Source: Acidobacteriota bacterium
Lineage (GTDB): Bacteria; Acidobacteriota; UBA6911
Length of the DNA stretch: 64,000 nt
Reading direction: 5' to 3'
Assembly: GCA_963664705.1 (NCBI GenBank)
Contig: OY761556.1
Coordinates: forward strand, 5,472,001 to 5,536,000
Shown here piece by piece: positions 36,106 through 45,306 of this stretch; the stretch's first letter is position 1; every line of letters starts with the position of its first letter. Made by a program: the position numbers and the translations under genes. The notes under the pieces are model-generated. The model was not told the origin of the DNA, did not search any database, and worked only from the letters and a program-made list of their open reading frames with translations.

Positions 36106-36159
36106 AACGCCACGAATTACGCAGATGCTCTTTGCGAACTCTGCGTAACCCGTGGCGTT
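36106..36159. repeat. REP-like palindrome (GCCACGAATT family)
   Basis: AACGCCACGAATTACGCAGA ... TCTGCGTAACCCGTGGCGTT; related to 14140-14206. Confidence 0.65.
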
Positions 36160-36172
36160 GTTGTTTCAGCCA

Positions 36173-38878
36173 TCAATTCGATTTTGGATCCGGCGTGGGA
36201 GTCTGCTTATTTCCCGGTGCTTCCGTCTTCGGAGTTTTTTCCTTACTGGTGTTTTTCTCCACCTTCTTTTCCTGGTTCGCTCTTTCTTTCCTGGCGTCCT
36301 GGATCTCTTCCGCCCTCTCCTTATCCTTCTCGTTCTGGAATTTGCGGACGTGCTTCAGGGAATCCTTCAACTCCTGAGACATGTCATGAAGTTTTTCCGG
36401 CGTGCGGATCACGTGCGGAGTAATCAGAATGATCAGTTCGGTTCTGGCGGCATTTCGGGTTGTTTGCCCGAATAGGGCTCCCAGGATCGGAATCTGGGAA
36501 AGGAATGGGATCCCGCTCCGCGATTCATTACTGCTGTCACGAATCAACCCCGCGATCGCGACTGTTTCGCCATCTTTTACGGATAGCGTTGTGGATACGC
36601 TTGTTTTGGAAAAACTGGGAGCACTGGTTTCTCCGATAGGAGTGCTGGCTCCCGGGGCGCTGATTTCCTGCACCAGGTCCATGGTAACGGAACCTGAAGC
36701 AGAGATGCGGGGAACCACGATCAGCGTAATCCCGGTGTCGCGGTATTCCACACTGGTCGTGCTGCCACCAACGGAAGGAGTAAAACTCGTGCCCGGATAG
36801 GGTATTTCAGAGCCGACCATGATTTGAGCCTGCTGCCCATCAAGCGCAAGAACGGAGGGCGATTCCAGCACCTTTACTTTTGTTTTCAGTCGAAGCGCTT
36901 CAATGGAGGCCATGATTTCCCGGGCGTTGCCGACAGGAACAAAAGTCTTTGCAGTCAACAAGCCATCCGAAGTGAGATCTCCGGTGGTTAATTTGGTATC
37001 TCCCTTAGCCTGGAGTGCGGCCGCCACGCCAAAATTCAGGCTGTCGGTCAAGTCCACTTCAAAAATTCGTGCATCGATCAATGCCTGCCGAGGCATGACA
37101 TCCATTTTCTTGATGGTTTCAGAGATATAGGCGTAGTCCGCCGAAGTAGCCTGGATAATGAGCGAATTGTTGATGTCATCCACCACCATGCGGACGGTAT
37201 CCTGCAATCCCGTGAGCTGGCCGCCGCGCAAAACCTGGGAGCTGATGGTCCTCTGATTATTGAGTTGAGGCCCGAGTTGCCGGCCGGCGCTGAAAGCGCC
37301 TCCGCCAAATCCTCCGTATCCTCCGCTATATCCCCCCCCATATCCGCTCGATGATCCCATGCTGGAACCGCCACCAAAAAGCCCTGATCCGGACTGGCCC
37401 GCAACCGAACCTCCGCCAGTTGCGAGACTGGTTCCGGAACCAAAGGTGCTCTGGCCGCTTCTGTTTATTCCGGCGGTTCCTGTCGGACTTGTGCTTCCCC
37501 CGCCAGATCCTCCCGCATTGCTGCCCGTGGATCCCTCGCCGCCATACAAAGCCGAAAGCATCATGGCAATATTGGAGGCTGTTGAATTTTCAACAATGTA
37601 TACGTAGGTTTGAATGTTTTTTGCGGAAGACGAGTCGAGCTCCCTAATCCAGCCCTTTACTTCCTCAAGCGCTCTCTTGGAGCTGGTCATCACGAAAATT
37701 GCATTGATGCGATCAAGGGAAACAAAAGAAACGCCAGTGGCCGAATCTTTTGATCCGGATCCATAAAGCTTTTTGAGATCATCGACCACGTCTGATGAAG
37801 AATTGTTTTGGACCTTGACCAGCTCAACCAAATCCGGGTCGAGATAGTTGTTGTCGAGCATCCGGACGATCTGAAGAATCCTGGAAATACTGTCCGTGTA
37901 ATCGGTCAGGATAAGCATATTCAGCCGCTCGAATGGCATGATGGCTCCTCCCTCGGTCATGAACAGTTTTATAGGTTCAATCAGATCCTTTACCGGCACA
38001 TATTCAACACGGATGATATTCGTGGTCAGCCGCGTCGATTTTGGGCTTTCCTCTTTGGCCGCAGGAGCAGGGGCGGTCAGTTTTTCGCCTTTTCTTGCGG
38101 CTTCCTGCTTGGCCAGAGTTTGAAACGTGGAAAGGGTGCCCGGATTTGCTCCCGCCGGTCCCATCGAAGGAGGCATGTTTGCCGGTAATTTGGCCGGTGA
38201 AGATGGCGATTCCTTAACGCCCGTTGAGCCGGGCAAGTACTCGATGATATCGACGCCTCTCTTTAAGGCCGAAGAAATCGGAATGATCTGGTAGATACCC
38301 CCCTGTCGTACCAGGGCGGCATTGTTGTTCTTGAGTATGATATTGAACAGAGGCAGGACGTCATCCTTAGAAAGGGCTTCCGAAGTGAGAAGATTCACGG
38401 TCCCCTTCACTTCCGGATCCACGATCACGGGAGTCAAACCCAGCATGCTGGTAATCTGGTTGACGAAATCATACAGATCCGCGTTCTCGAAATTCAGCTT
38501 TACTTTTCCAGCCTGTGAAGTGGAAGCCGGAACGGCAGGCGCTACCGGAGGGGCTGTGGGTTGCGGCTGCGGCGGCTGAGGCTGAGCCGATTGCGGCTGA
38601 GGCGGTGCCGGCTGTGGAGGCACCGGCTGCGAAGGCACGGGAGTTGCAACCGGGCGTGGCTGCTGGGCCGGCGGGACCTCCGGGTTCGGTTTGGCAATAG
38701 GCTGCACTTGCAGCAGTTGCTTCGAGAGGATTTCCAGTGCGCGCCGCCTGGTTTCGTCTGTACTGGGAAGACGCGCTGGATCCTGGGATGTCCATGCTAT
38801 CGAAGACAAGCCGCTTAAGAACAGCGCGGCTAGAATTACGATGATGGCTTTCCTTAAAATCTTAGTACTCATGGCCAT
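36173..38878 (-). CDS. gspD: Type II secretion secretin GspD
   Basis: LNFENADL, VDPEVKGTV, DDINNSLII, PRQALIDARIFEV, VGSEIPY, SGIPFLSQIPILGALFG, RTELIILITPHV. Start set at 38878 (signal peptide). Confidence 0.92.
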   Translation of the reverse strand: MAMSTKILRKAIIVILAALFLSGLSSIAWTSQDPARLPSTDETRRRALEILSKQLLQVQPIAKPNPEVPPAQQPRPVATPVPSQPVPPQPAPPQPQSAQPQPPQPQPTAPPVAPAVPASTSQAGKVKLNFENADLYDFVNQITSMLGLTPVIVDPEVKGTVNLLTSEALSKDDVLPLFNIILKNNNAALVRQGGIYQIIPISSALKRGVDIIEYLPGSTGVKESPSSPAKLPANMPPSMGPAGANPGTLSTFQTLAKQEAARKGEKLTAPAPAAKEESPKSTRLTTNIIRVEYVPVKDLIEPIKLFMTEGGAIMPFERLNMLILTDYTDSISRILQIVRMLDNNYLDPDLVELVKVQNNSSSDVVDDLKKLYGSGSKDSATGVSFVSLDRINAIFVMTSSKRALEEVKGWIRELDSSSAKNIQTYVYIVENSTASNIAMMLSALYGGEGSTGSNAGGSGGGSTSPTGTAGINRSGQSTFGSGTSLATGGGSVAGQSGSGLFGGGSSMGSSSGYGGGYSGGYGGFGGGAFSAGRQLGPQLNNQRTISSQVLRGGQLTGLQDTVRMVVDDINNSLIIQATSADYAYISETIKKMDVMPRQALIDARIFEVDLTDSLNFGVAAALQAKGDTKLTTGDLTSDGLLTAKTFVPVGNAREIMASIEALRLKTKVKVLESPSVLALDGQQAQIMVGSEIPYPGTSFTPSVGGSTTSVEYRDTGITLIVVPRISASGSVTMDLVQEISAPGASTPIGETSAPSFSKTSVSTTLSVKDGETVAIAGLIRDSSNESRSGIPFLSQIPILGALFGQTTRNAARTELIILITPHVIRTPEKLHDMSQELKDSLKHVRKFQNEKDKERAEEIQDARKERANQEKKVEKNTSKEKTPKTEAPGNKQTPTPDPKSN

Positions 38879-39063
38879 GTGGCTTCCTCTCCTCGAGAGT
38901 TTCCGCAAAACTGAATAAACACTGCGGAACCGCAACGGACGATCTGATTGCGTCCAGATAAAACTTTTGTTTCCATTAGCCCAAGGTGCGATCAACAACC
39001 TTCAGGCGAGGCGGAATGGCCTCATCGGTAGTGCCGATGATCCTGTCGCTACCGTACAAACAA

Positions 39064-39894
39064 CTAACGCAAGGGACGAACGACATCGCCAAACGGCGTT
39101 CTTATCACACGCGAAGCTCCGGGTTCTGCTGCCGGTGCCGATGGGGCTGCCGCAGGCTGAGCCGCAGCGCCTCGTGAAGCTCCGGCCTGGGCGCCCGGTT
39201 GACTCGCCGATGGCTGACTTGACGATCCGACTGCTGTTACCGACGTTCTTGGAGGCGCAACCACTCCCGTGCCTCCTACGCTGATAGGCGTGCCGCCCAC
39301 GATGCTGCCCTGACCGATCGGTACTACACGAGTCGACAGAATCGGAGTTTTGCCGCCAGTCGCTTTCTTGGCACCTTCGCGCAGAGGGATGACTTCCCGA
39401 CGCGTGCCACTGGTAAGAACAATGTGATCCTGCTGGATTTCGGTAATCGTATAGCCCTGATACACATCGCCGATCTTCTTGAACTGCGCCCGGCGTCCTC
39501 CCCGGTCATTCGGTACCATCGCCGCTCCCGGCTCAATAATGGAAGCTTTCCGCTCATTATCCGCAATCGTTATGCCCACGAGTATGGGTTTGACCGTTAA
39601 CGGCGGAGGTTCCGGCGGAGCGAGATTGACCACGACCTCCTCTTTGCTTCTAATGTCGGCGAATACGTTCTTTTCCGGGATGACCGCGAACTCGGCGGCA
39701 TTGTACTTGGCGGGCGAAAAGGCTTTGGGCGCCTGCTTCTCCGGAAGCATCATCTTTTTGAGATCCGGCGCCGGCTGGATTTTTGCCACGCTGTTTTGAG
39801 CCTTGAAGTGTCGGATCGCCACGCGAAGCTGCCATCCGAGCTCAGCCGTAATCGCAAGCAGGAGTAAGTTAATTGCAATCCATTTTTTCGTCAT
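39064..39894 (-). CDS. T2SS accessory protein, GspC/PilP-like, with Pro/Ala-rich tail
   Basis: N-terminal TM, LVGITI...ASII, KIGDVYQGYTITEIQQDHIVL; lies between gspM and gspD. Confidence 0.65.
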   Translation of the reverse strand: MTKKWIAINLLLLAITAELGWQLRVAIRHFKAQNSVAKIQPAPDLKKMMLPEKQAPKAFSPAKYNAAEFAVIPEKNVFADIRSKEEVVVNLAPPEPPPLTVKPILVGITIADNERKASIIEPGAAMVPNDRGGRRAQFKKIGDVYQGYTITEIQQDHIVLTSGTRREVIPLREGAKKATGGKTPILSTRVVPIGQGSIVGGTPISVGGTGVVAPPRTSVTAVGSSSQPSASQPGAQAGASRGAAAQPAAAPSAPAAEPGASRVIRTPFGDVVRPLR

Positions 39895-39952
39895 CCTGAC
39901 CTTCTTCGCTCCCGCACCAATGTTTCCGCGGGCGCTGCATCAAAAAACTGAA

Positions 39953-40567
39953 TCATCCGTCAATACGAAGCGCTGCCAAACTTGCCTGGGCAGCAGGCTT
40001 CTCTTTTGGCTTTTCTTCCTGGGTGCGAATAAATCCCGATATAACCATGCTGGGCCGAATCTCGTACCGCTTCTGGATTCGGAGGCTGCTGACAACCAGT
40101 TCATCCACTTTCAGCAGCTTCTCATAGCTTTCAATGGCGGCAAGGAATTGCACCAATTGTTCAGGCGTGCAATTGGCCTCTATCCTGATCGATATTTTCG
40201 TGGCGATGTCAGGGATCTTCCTGTCGGGCTGAATATTGCGCTGAGGAATTTCGACTCCGCTCTGGTCCGCCAGTTCTTTGACCACTCGCTGCAGCTCCGC
40301 TCCGGCCATACTTGCATTCTCGCCGGGCAGGAAATAGGAGAGGTCCTTTTGCAGCTGCTTCTGATACTGATCCAGGCGGGTCTTGTAAACGTCCTCACGG
40401 CTCAACGTATCCCTCTGACTCCGCAGCATTCTCTTTTTCAGTTCCACTTCCTGGGATAGATTCTGACTGTCCGGGATCAGCTCCGTAGCTGCATAGTAGA
40501 TCCCCACCACCAGCAAAGCTCCAATGGCAATCAGAATGGACATTTTTTCTCTCGGAGTCACCTTCAC
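39953..40567 (-). CDS. gspM: T2SS GspM/PilO-like
   Basis: TPREK plus TM, coiled coil, AGAELQ, QLVQFLAAIE; operon position. Confidence 0.7.
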   Translation of the reverse strand: MKVTPREKMSILIAIGALLVVGIYYAATELIPDSQNLSQEVELKKRMLRSQRDTLSREDVYKTRLDQYQKQLQKDLSYFLPGENASMAGAELQRVVKELADQSGVEIPQRNIQPDRKIPDIATKISIRIEANCTPEQLVQFLAAIESYEKLLKVDELVVSSLRIQKRYEIRPSMVISGFIRTQEEKPKEKPAAQASLAALRIDG

Positions 40568-40570
40568 GGG

Positions 40571-41971
40571 CTATTTCTCCAATCTTGCTTCAAACGTGAA
40601 ACGCTCTTTGCCTACTGAAGCATCTTTGTAAATGACGCCCTTGGCCACCACATCCTTCAATAACGGCGATTTTTCCAGCTTTGGGATCAGATCCGATGCG
40701 GAGGAACTGAAGCCGGATATCGTAAGCAGTCCGTCCACACATCTGTAGCTCTGCAGATACGTATCGTTTGGAAGGATTGTGGTTAATTCTCTCAGAATCT
40801 CCAGGTTCATATCCCGGCCGCCCAGGAGCTCTTCCATGGACTTAATCTTCTTATTGAGCACGTCCGATTGAGTCCGGTAAGCTTGAACGCGTTCCACCGG
40901 TTTTTTAAGAATTTGGATTTGCCGGTCGAGTTCACTGGCCAGCGCCCGATTCTGCACGGTTCCCCGATACGCCAATGCGCAGAGCAGCCCAATGATGACC
41001 AGGCCGAGGATGGCTGCCGGTATATACCCCCAGCGGCTTTGCTGGATCCTGCGATCCTGCGGCAGAAGATTGATCTTGATCGCGGGGCGCCGGTTCAGTC
41101 CTGTATATGCAAGCCCAAGCGCTGAAGCTGCCTCCTGCATTTTGGGCCTGTTTTCGTTCGGGACATTCAGAGCCGCGATGCAGTTTCGCATCAGGTCGCA
41201 ATCCGGGAGGACTTCCTGAATCTCCGCGCAGGCACTTTCGGAGGATTCCCCTGTGAGAACAATTTTTTCTATGGTTCCTTCCGGGCCAAGACGAATCTTC
41301 GAAGCGGCCTCATCCGTTTCACGCAGGACGATGTCTTGCCATGCCACCTGGTCTGCTCGCGGAACTTCTTTGGAGTAGACCAGCGCGCCCTGCCGCAGCG
41401 CTGCGATCTCGAGCGATGAAGTATTCAGATCGCCAAGAATAAAAGTCTTATCCAGCCGGTTTTTGTCGTTTTGCAAAAGCAGGTTCGCCAACCCCATGGA
41501 GCCACAGATGACGGTTCCCGGCCGGATCCCGACGGAAAGCAGAAAACCCAGGATTTCATCCAGCATCGTTTTGCGAACCATGGCCAGCATGACTGTCAGG
41601 CGTTTGCCGGCTCCGTTGCCGGAGATCAGCGTATAGTCGTGATAAAACTTGTCTTCATCGGTCGGCTCGAAGGATTGGACCTGGTACTGAACAACCTGCT
41701 TCAGATTATCCGCAACCTCAGCGGGTAAATCGAGATAGCGCAGCACGATGTCCTTGCGTGGAATTCCGAGAACAATATTTTCGCGGTTGAGCCCCTTCGA
41801 CTTGAAGAAGGCATGAATCTCGCGCTTGAGATCCTCAGGATTCCGTTGCCGGTAGCCAGCAAAACGCACGAAATGTGTAAACACACTATCCGAATAGTTG
41901 CTTTGCAGCGAGGCAATCAGCAAGTCTTCCCCGCGCAGTTCGACTCCGACACTGGTTTTTAAATAAATCAT
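40571..41971 (-). CDS. gspL: T2SS GspL/PilM-PilN-like
   Basis: Actin-like N-domain, INLLP plus TM, LRELTTILP, ISGFS, LEKSP. Confidence 0.75.
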   Translation of the reverse strand: MIYLKTSVGVELRGEDLLIASLQSNYSDSVFTHFVRFAGYRQRNPEDLKREIHAFFKSKGLNRENIVLGIPRKDIVLRYLDLPAEVADNLKQVVQYQVQSFEPTDEDKFYHDYTLISGNGAGKRLTVMLAMVRKTMLDEILGFLLSVGIRPGTVICGSMGLANLLLQNDKNRLDKTFILGDLNTSSLEIAALRQGALVYSKEVPRADQVAWQDIVLRETDEAASKIRLGPEGTIEKIVLTGESSESACAEIQEVLPDCDLMRNCIAALNVPNENRPKMQEAASALGLAYTGLNRRPAIKINLLPQDRRIQQSRWGYIPAAILGLVIIGLLCALAYRGTVQNRALASELDRQIQILKKPVERVQAYRTQSDVLNKKIKSMEELLGGRDMNLEILRELTTILPNDTYLQSYRCVDGLLTISGFSSSASDLIPKLEKSPLLKDVVAKGVIYKDASVGKERFTFEARLEK

Positions 41972-43047
41972 GGCGTCATGCCTTCATAATCCGGAACGTT
42001 TTCGTTCCAGTACAGGGTTCGATACTGCCTGTTCGGAACAGGATCAATATTGATGATACATCGAATAACACGGCGCACTTTCGAATTCAGGGCGTGCGCC
42101 GAAGCCGTGAGCGTATAAAAGCCGGATTGGTTTGTGGTCAGATAGGGCTGAGTCTTGGCATCCAGACTGATCCCGAGGTCGCGGGATATGTCCAGTATCG
42201 TTTTAAAAGGTTTGACATGACGTCGGTCATAGATAGCCCTTGCCGCGTCCGCTGTCATCATCGGAACAGACTGCAATACGGCCAACGGTGCATAATTGAC
42301 GTTCACCTGAGGGTTGGTTGAATAAACCGTCAGGTATCGCGATAGCCCATAGCGATAGGTTATTGCACCGTTTAAATCCTTTTCCGGATGCCCGTAAAAG
42401 TACTCCGGCGTAATGCCGCGGATAAGCAGCAGTTCTTCAATCGTGTCAATCCGTCCATTCTTGGCTTTGTAGGGAGGGTTCAGGGACTGATAGTAATCGT
42501 TCTCAGCCCCATTGATTCGATGTGCGGAATCCGCGTCGCGCCAATCGAGAATGGAATCCGCAATGATGTCCGAATCGGGCTTTTTGATTCCGCACGCCTC
42601 GACCAGGCTTCGCAACTGTTCCTCGTTGACACTGTTTACCGGGAGTTTTCCGGATTCGTCCTGCAACTCCACCCGATATTCCCCACCGCCCAATGTGCCT
42701 GTAATCACCCCCTGATCCAAAGGATCGGGCGTATCCTGCAATTCCACCTGCCGCAAACCGGCGGTGCTCTTTCGCACCATCAGCTGATATACGGTGGCGG
42801 CGATTCCAGCCCTTGCCACAAAATAAGAGTCCTCCAGGGACTGAGCATTCCGGGCCGCTGCCACTTCCACAAAAGTCTCTCTCGAAAAACTAAAGGCAAT
42901 AACGGTTAGCGCCGTCAGGATCCATAGCAGAGCGATCAGGATGACTCCATGTTCAGTCTTCGGATGCCGGATAGCAGTCGCCCGCGGGATGCCACCGCCG
43001 ACCGCCTTTTCACCGACAATGAATGACTGACGCCTAACGAACTTCAT
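41968..43047 (-). CDS. gspK: T2SS minor pseudopilin GspK
   Basis: GVILIALLW, DESGKL.VN, ILDWRDAD, GAENDYY, EELLLIRGI. Confidence 0.9.
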   Translation of the reverse strand: MKFVRRQSFIVGEKAVGGGIPRATAIRHPKTEHGVILIALLWILTALTVIAFSFSRETFVEVAAARNAQSLEDSYFVARAGIAATVYQLMVRKSTAGLRQVELQDTPDPLDQGVITGTLGGGEYRVELQDESGKLPVNSVNEEQLRSLVEACGIKKPDSDIIADSILDWRDADSAHRINGAENDYYQSLNPPYKAKNGRIDTIEELLLIRGITPEYFYGHPEKDLNGAITYRYGLSRYLTVYSTNPQVNVNYAPLAVLQSVPMMTADAARAIYDRRHVKPFKTILDISRDLGISLDAKTQPYLTTNQSGFYTLTASAHALNSKVRRVIRCIINIDPVPNRQYRTLYWNENVPDYEGMTP

Positions 43048-43831
43048 TGCCTCTTCCTCTGATCCCCAAGGGATTGTTCAACTGATTGATCCCAAACGGA
43101 TTAATAAAAGTAGTCCGCCAATCATAAGGTTCCGCTTTGAGAGGCACGACCATATGACGGTTCAAATTGTTTCCACGCGGGTCACGCGATATCATGGTAA
43201 ACGATACCGCCAGCGGCAACCGGCCGATCTTCTGGCCGTCCCATTCCTGTACCCATTGCGATCCGTTATTGTTGTCTCCCGGATCGAAATACTCCAAAAG
43301 GCAACTGGAGAGATTCTCAAAAATCGGAACAGCGCGGGAACCGGATACGGATATTCCCTCTTCAGGCGTATCTCCCAGATACCGGGCTTCCCTTTCCACC
43401 AGTGCATACTCGCCGTTGTGGTCCTGGTCGACGTCATACGACACCATCGTGAGCCCCGGGCTTACCTGGAACTGTAGGGAGTTCAAACTGATAAACTGAA
43501 CGCCGTCCTTTTTCCCGCTAAATAGCAGTGCCCCGGTTCCGCCCGGTTGCTGGGAATCCATCTCAAGCAGCGCATAGGCTGAAGCCATCTGTTTTCTGAC
43601 CAGGTTCAGAATGCTTCGGTGCCGCTGATTGGCATCCATGAATTCCGTACCTCTTGACCAGGACCGGATGCTGACTCGAAACACCGCCCACAAGGCGACC
43701 GCCATGATGGCCACAAGCGTTACCGCCACCAGCATCTCGAGCAGCGTGAATCCGGCCATTCCCCGCGAGTCGGATCTGTGGATCCGCCCGGTTCGAATGA
43801 CAGATTCCTGGGTTTTGGCTGCACTGATCAT
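43034..43831 (-). CDS. gspJ: T2SS minor pseudopilin GspJ
   Basis: G|FTLLEMLVA type IV signal; WVQEWDG...LPLAV. Confidence 0.8.
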   Translation of the reverse strand: MISAAKTQESVIRTGRIHRSDSRGMAGFTLLEMLVAVTLVAIMAVALWAVFRVSIRSWSRGTEFMDANQRHRSILNLVRKQMASAYALLEMDSQQPGGTGALLFSGKKDGVQFISLNSLQFQVSPGLTMVSYDVDQDHNGEYALVEREARYLGDTPEEGISVSGSRAVPIFENLSSCLLEYFDPGDNNNGSQWVQEWDGQKIGRLPLAVSFTMISRDPRGNNLNRHMVVPLKAEPYDWRTTFINPFGINQLNNPLGIRGRGNEVR

Positions 43832-44328
43832 TACCGCGTCCCCATTTTCTGATCCTGAGGCGTTGTTTTTACCAGCTTCAGTGTCTGCAACCGATAATCC
43901 GATCCCCTGGAATCCGGGCTGAACATCTCCACGGTGTAGCAGAGCAGTTTCACCGGAATGTTCAGTTGAGAATTCCTGTCGGGAAGCCGTTCGGAATTCG
44001 GGAGCGAGTAGTTGTCCACGCGTACCGTCCAGCGCGTGCCATCCTCGAAATCTCCGTTAAAGCTCGTAGGCTCCAGAATGGCATCATCAAGAAGCGCCAA
44101 TTCCATCACTGCTTCCGCATGTTCTACTGTGCGTGTTCTTAACTGAACCTTTCGTATGTTGCCCAACGATCCTGAAATCAAAGACAGCGTCAATGCCGCC
44201 CCAAGGGCCAGCACCGTGAGCGCAACCAGTACTTCCAGCAAAGTGAATCCGGAATCCGCCTTCCTGCGACTGCTCACCGCAGCGGCCTTGAAAAAATGCC
44301 CCGGATGAAGTTTGCGAAGCGGATTCAC
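43831..44328 (-). CDS. gspI: T2SS minor pseudopilin GspI
   Basis: G|FTLLEVLVAL; operon order. Confidence 0.78.
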   Translation of the reverse strand: MNPLRKLHPGHFFKAAAVSSRRKADSGFTLLEVLVALTVLALGAALTLSLISGSLGNIRKVQLRTRTVEHAEAVMELALLDDAILEPTSFNGDFEDGTRWTVRVDNYSLPNSERLPDRNSQLNIPVKLLCYTVEMFSPDSRGSDYRLQTLKLVKTTPQDQKMGTR

Positions 44329-44807
44329 TGCAAATTCTCCCCCGACCCCTGCTCGATGCGGGCGCCGCCCGTAATCGGGTCGGTAAAAACTCTGAAAAAA
44401 GATCCGGTATCGGACTTCAGCAGCACCTCCGCATCGTCCGAACTCCCGTTGGGCAGAAACCGAACCGTCATCGGGTCTTCCCTTACTTCATTTCCTGCCA
44501 GAGTCATGCGCTGGATCTTCACATCCCTGGGCAGGATGTAGCTGCGATTTCCCTCGCCGAAATTGTCCGTGAGCACAAATTGCTGTTTGTCCTTATAAAC
44601 TGCAACGCACATACCGGACTGCTCGGTGACCGCCTTTTCCCGGGCATATCGAAATGTATTCAGAACGTCCCGCGCCGAGGTTCTCAGGTGCAGGGACGAC
44701 GTCCCACGCGAAAGGGATGGATAGGCCAACCCTACCGCCAGTGAGATGACGAGCACCACCACGATCAGCTCTATGAGTGTGAACCCCTGGTCGCTATGTC
44801 GATGCAT
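44325..44807 (-). CDS. gspH: T2SS minor pseudopilin GspH
   Basis: G|FTLIEL, AREKAV, RFLPNGSS, DPITG. Confidence 0.8.
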   Translation of the reverse strand: MHRHSDQGFTLIELIVVVLVISLAVGLAYPSLSRGTSSLHLRTSARDVLNTFRYAREKAVTEQSGMCVAVYKDKQQFVLTDNFGEGNRSYILPRDVKIQRMTLAGNEVREDPMTVRFLPNGSSDDAEVLLKSDTGSFFRVFTDPITGGARIEQGSGENLQ

Positions 44808-44813
44808 AATCCC

Positions 44814-45296
44814 CTATTTCCAGCTGCAGATGTCGTCGTCGTTGCCTTCCGTGCCATCCGCACCGGCGGAATACAGATCGAAGTCTCCATGCATTCCGGG
44901 ACACCGGTATAAAAACGGCTTCCCCCAACTATCCTTCGGAACCTCTTTGGAAAGGTAAGGGCCTTTCCAGGTATCGGCATTGGCCGGGTTCCGAACAAGC
45001 GAATCCAGGCCCTCCGCTGTCGTCGGGAATCGCCCCACATCGAAGGAATACATTTGCAGCGCACCTTCGAGTTCCTTTATCTGGATTTTTGTGATCTGGT
45101 CTTTTCCCTTGGCAAGCTTATCGTAGACCCTGGGGGCGACAACCGCTGCAAGGAGGCCCAGGATTACCAGGACAACAATGAGTTCGATCAGCGTAAATCC
45201 CTTTTCCGACCTGCGTTCGTCATTTGCGAACATATCTTTCCTCCCGGCCTCATCTTTTGCCCGGTTTTTCATTGCTCGAAAAATGTCGTCGTTCAT
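44814..45296 (-). CDS. gspG: T2SS major pseudopilin GspG
   Basis: G|FTLIELIVVLVILGLL, GRFPTTAEGL, WKGPYL, PKDSWG, DLYSAGADG; start codon uncertain. Confidence 0.93.
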   Translation of the reverse strand: MNDDIFRAMKNRAKDEAGRKDMFANDERRSEKGFTLIELIVVLVILGLLAAVVAPRVYDKLAKGKDQITKIQIKELEGALQMYSFDVGRFPTTAEGLDSLVRNPANADTWKGPYLSKEVPKDSWGKPFLYRCPGMHGDFDLYSAGADGTEGNDDDICSWK

Positions 45297-45306
45297 TCGT
45301 CATTCA

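Larger units (their letters stand above)
35719..36108. repeat. 60-bp direct repeat (35719-35778 and 36049-36108) duplicating the 3' end of the ligase-like gene
   Basis: 56/60 identical, offset exactly 330 bp; includes the stop codon region (AAAACGTGGAACTAGG). Confidence 0.9.

Noticed and set aside
35719-36160. CRISPR array or prophage att site
   Set aside because: Only two direct-repeat copies 330 bp apart, with no cas, integrase or tRNA gene
37260-37540. Gly/Ser low-complexity tract
   Set aside because: Coding loop within GspD, not an independent repeat element
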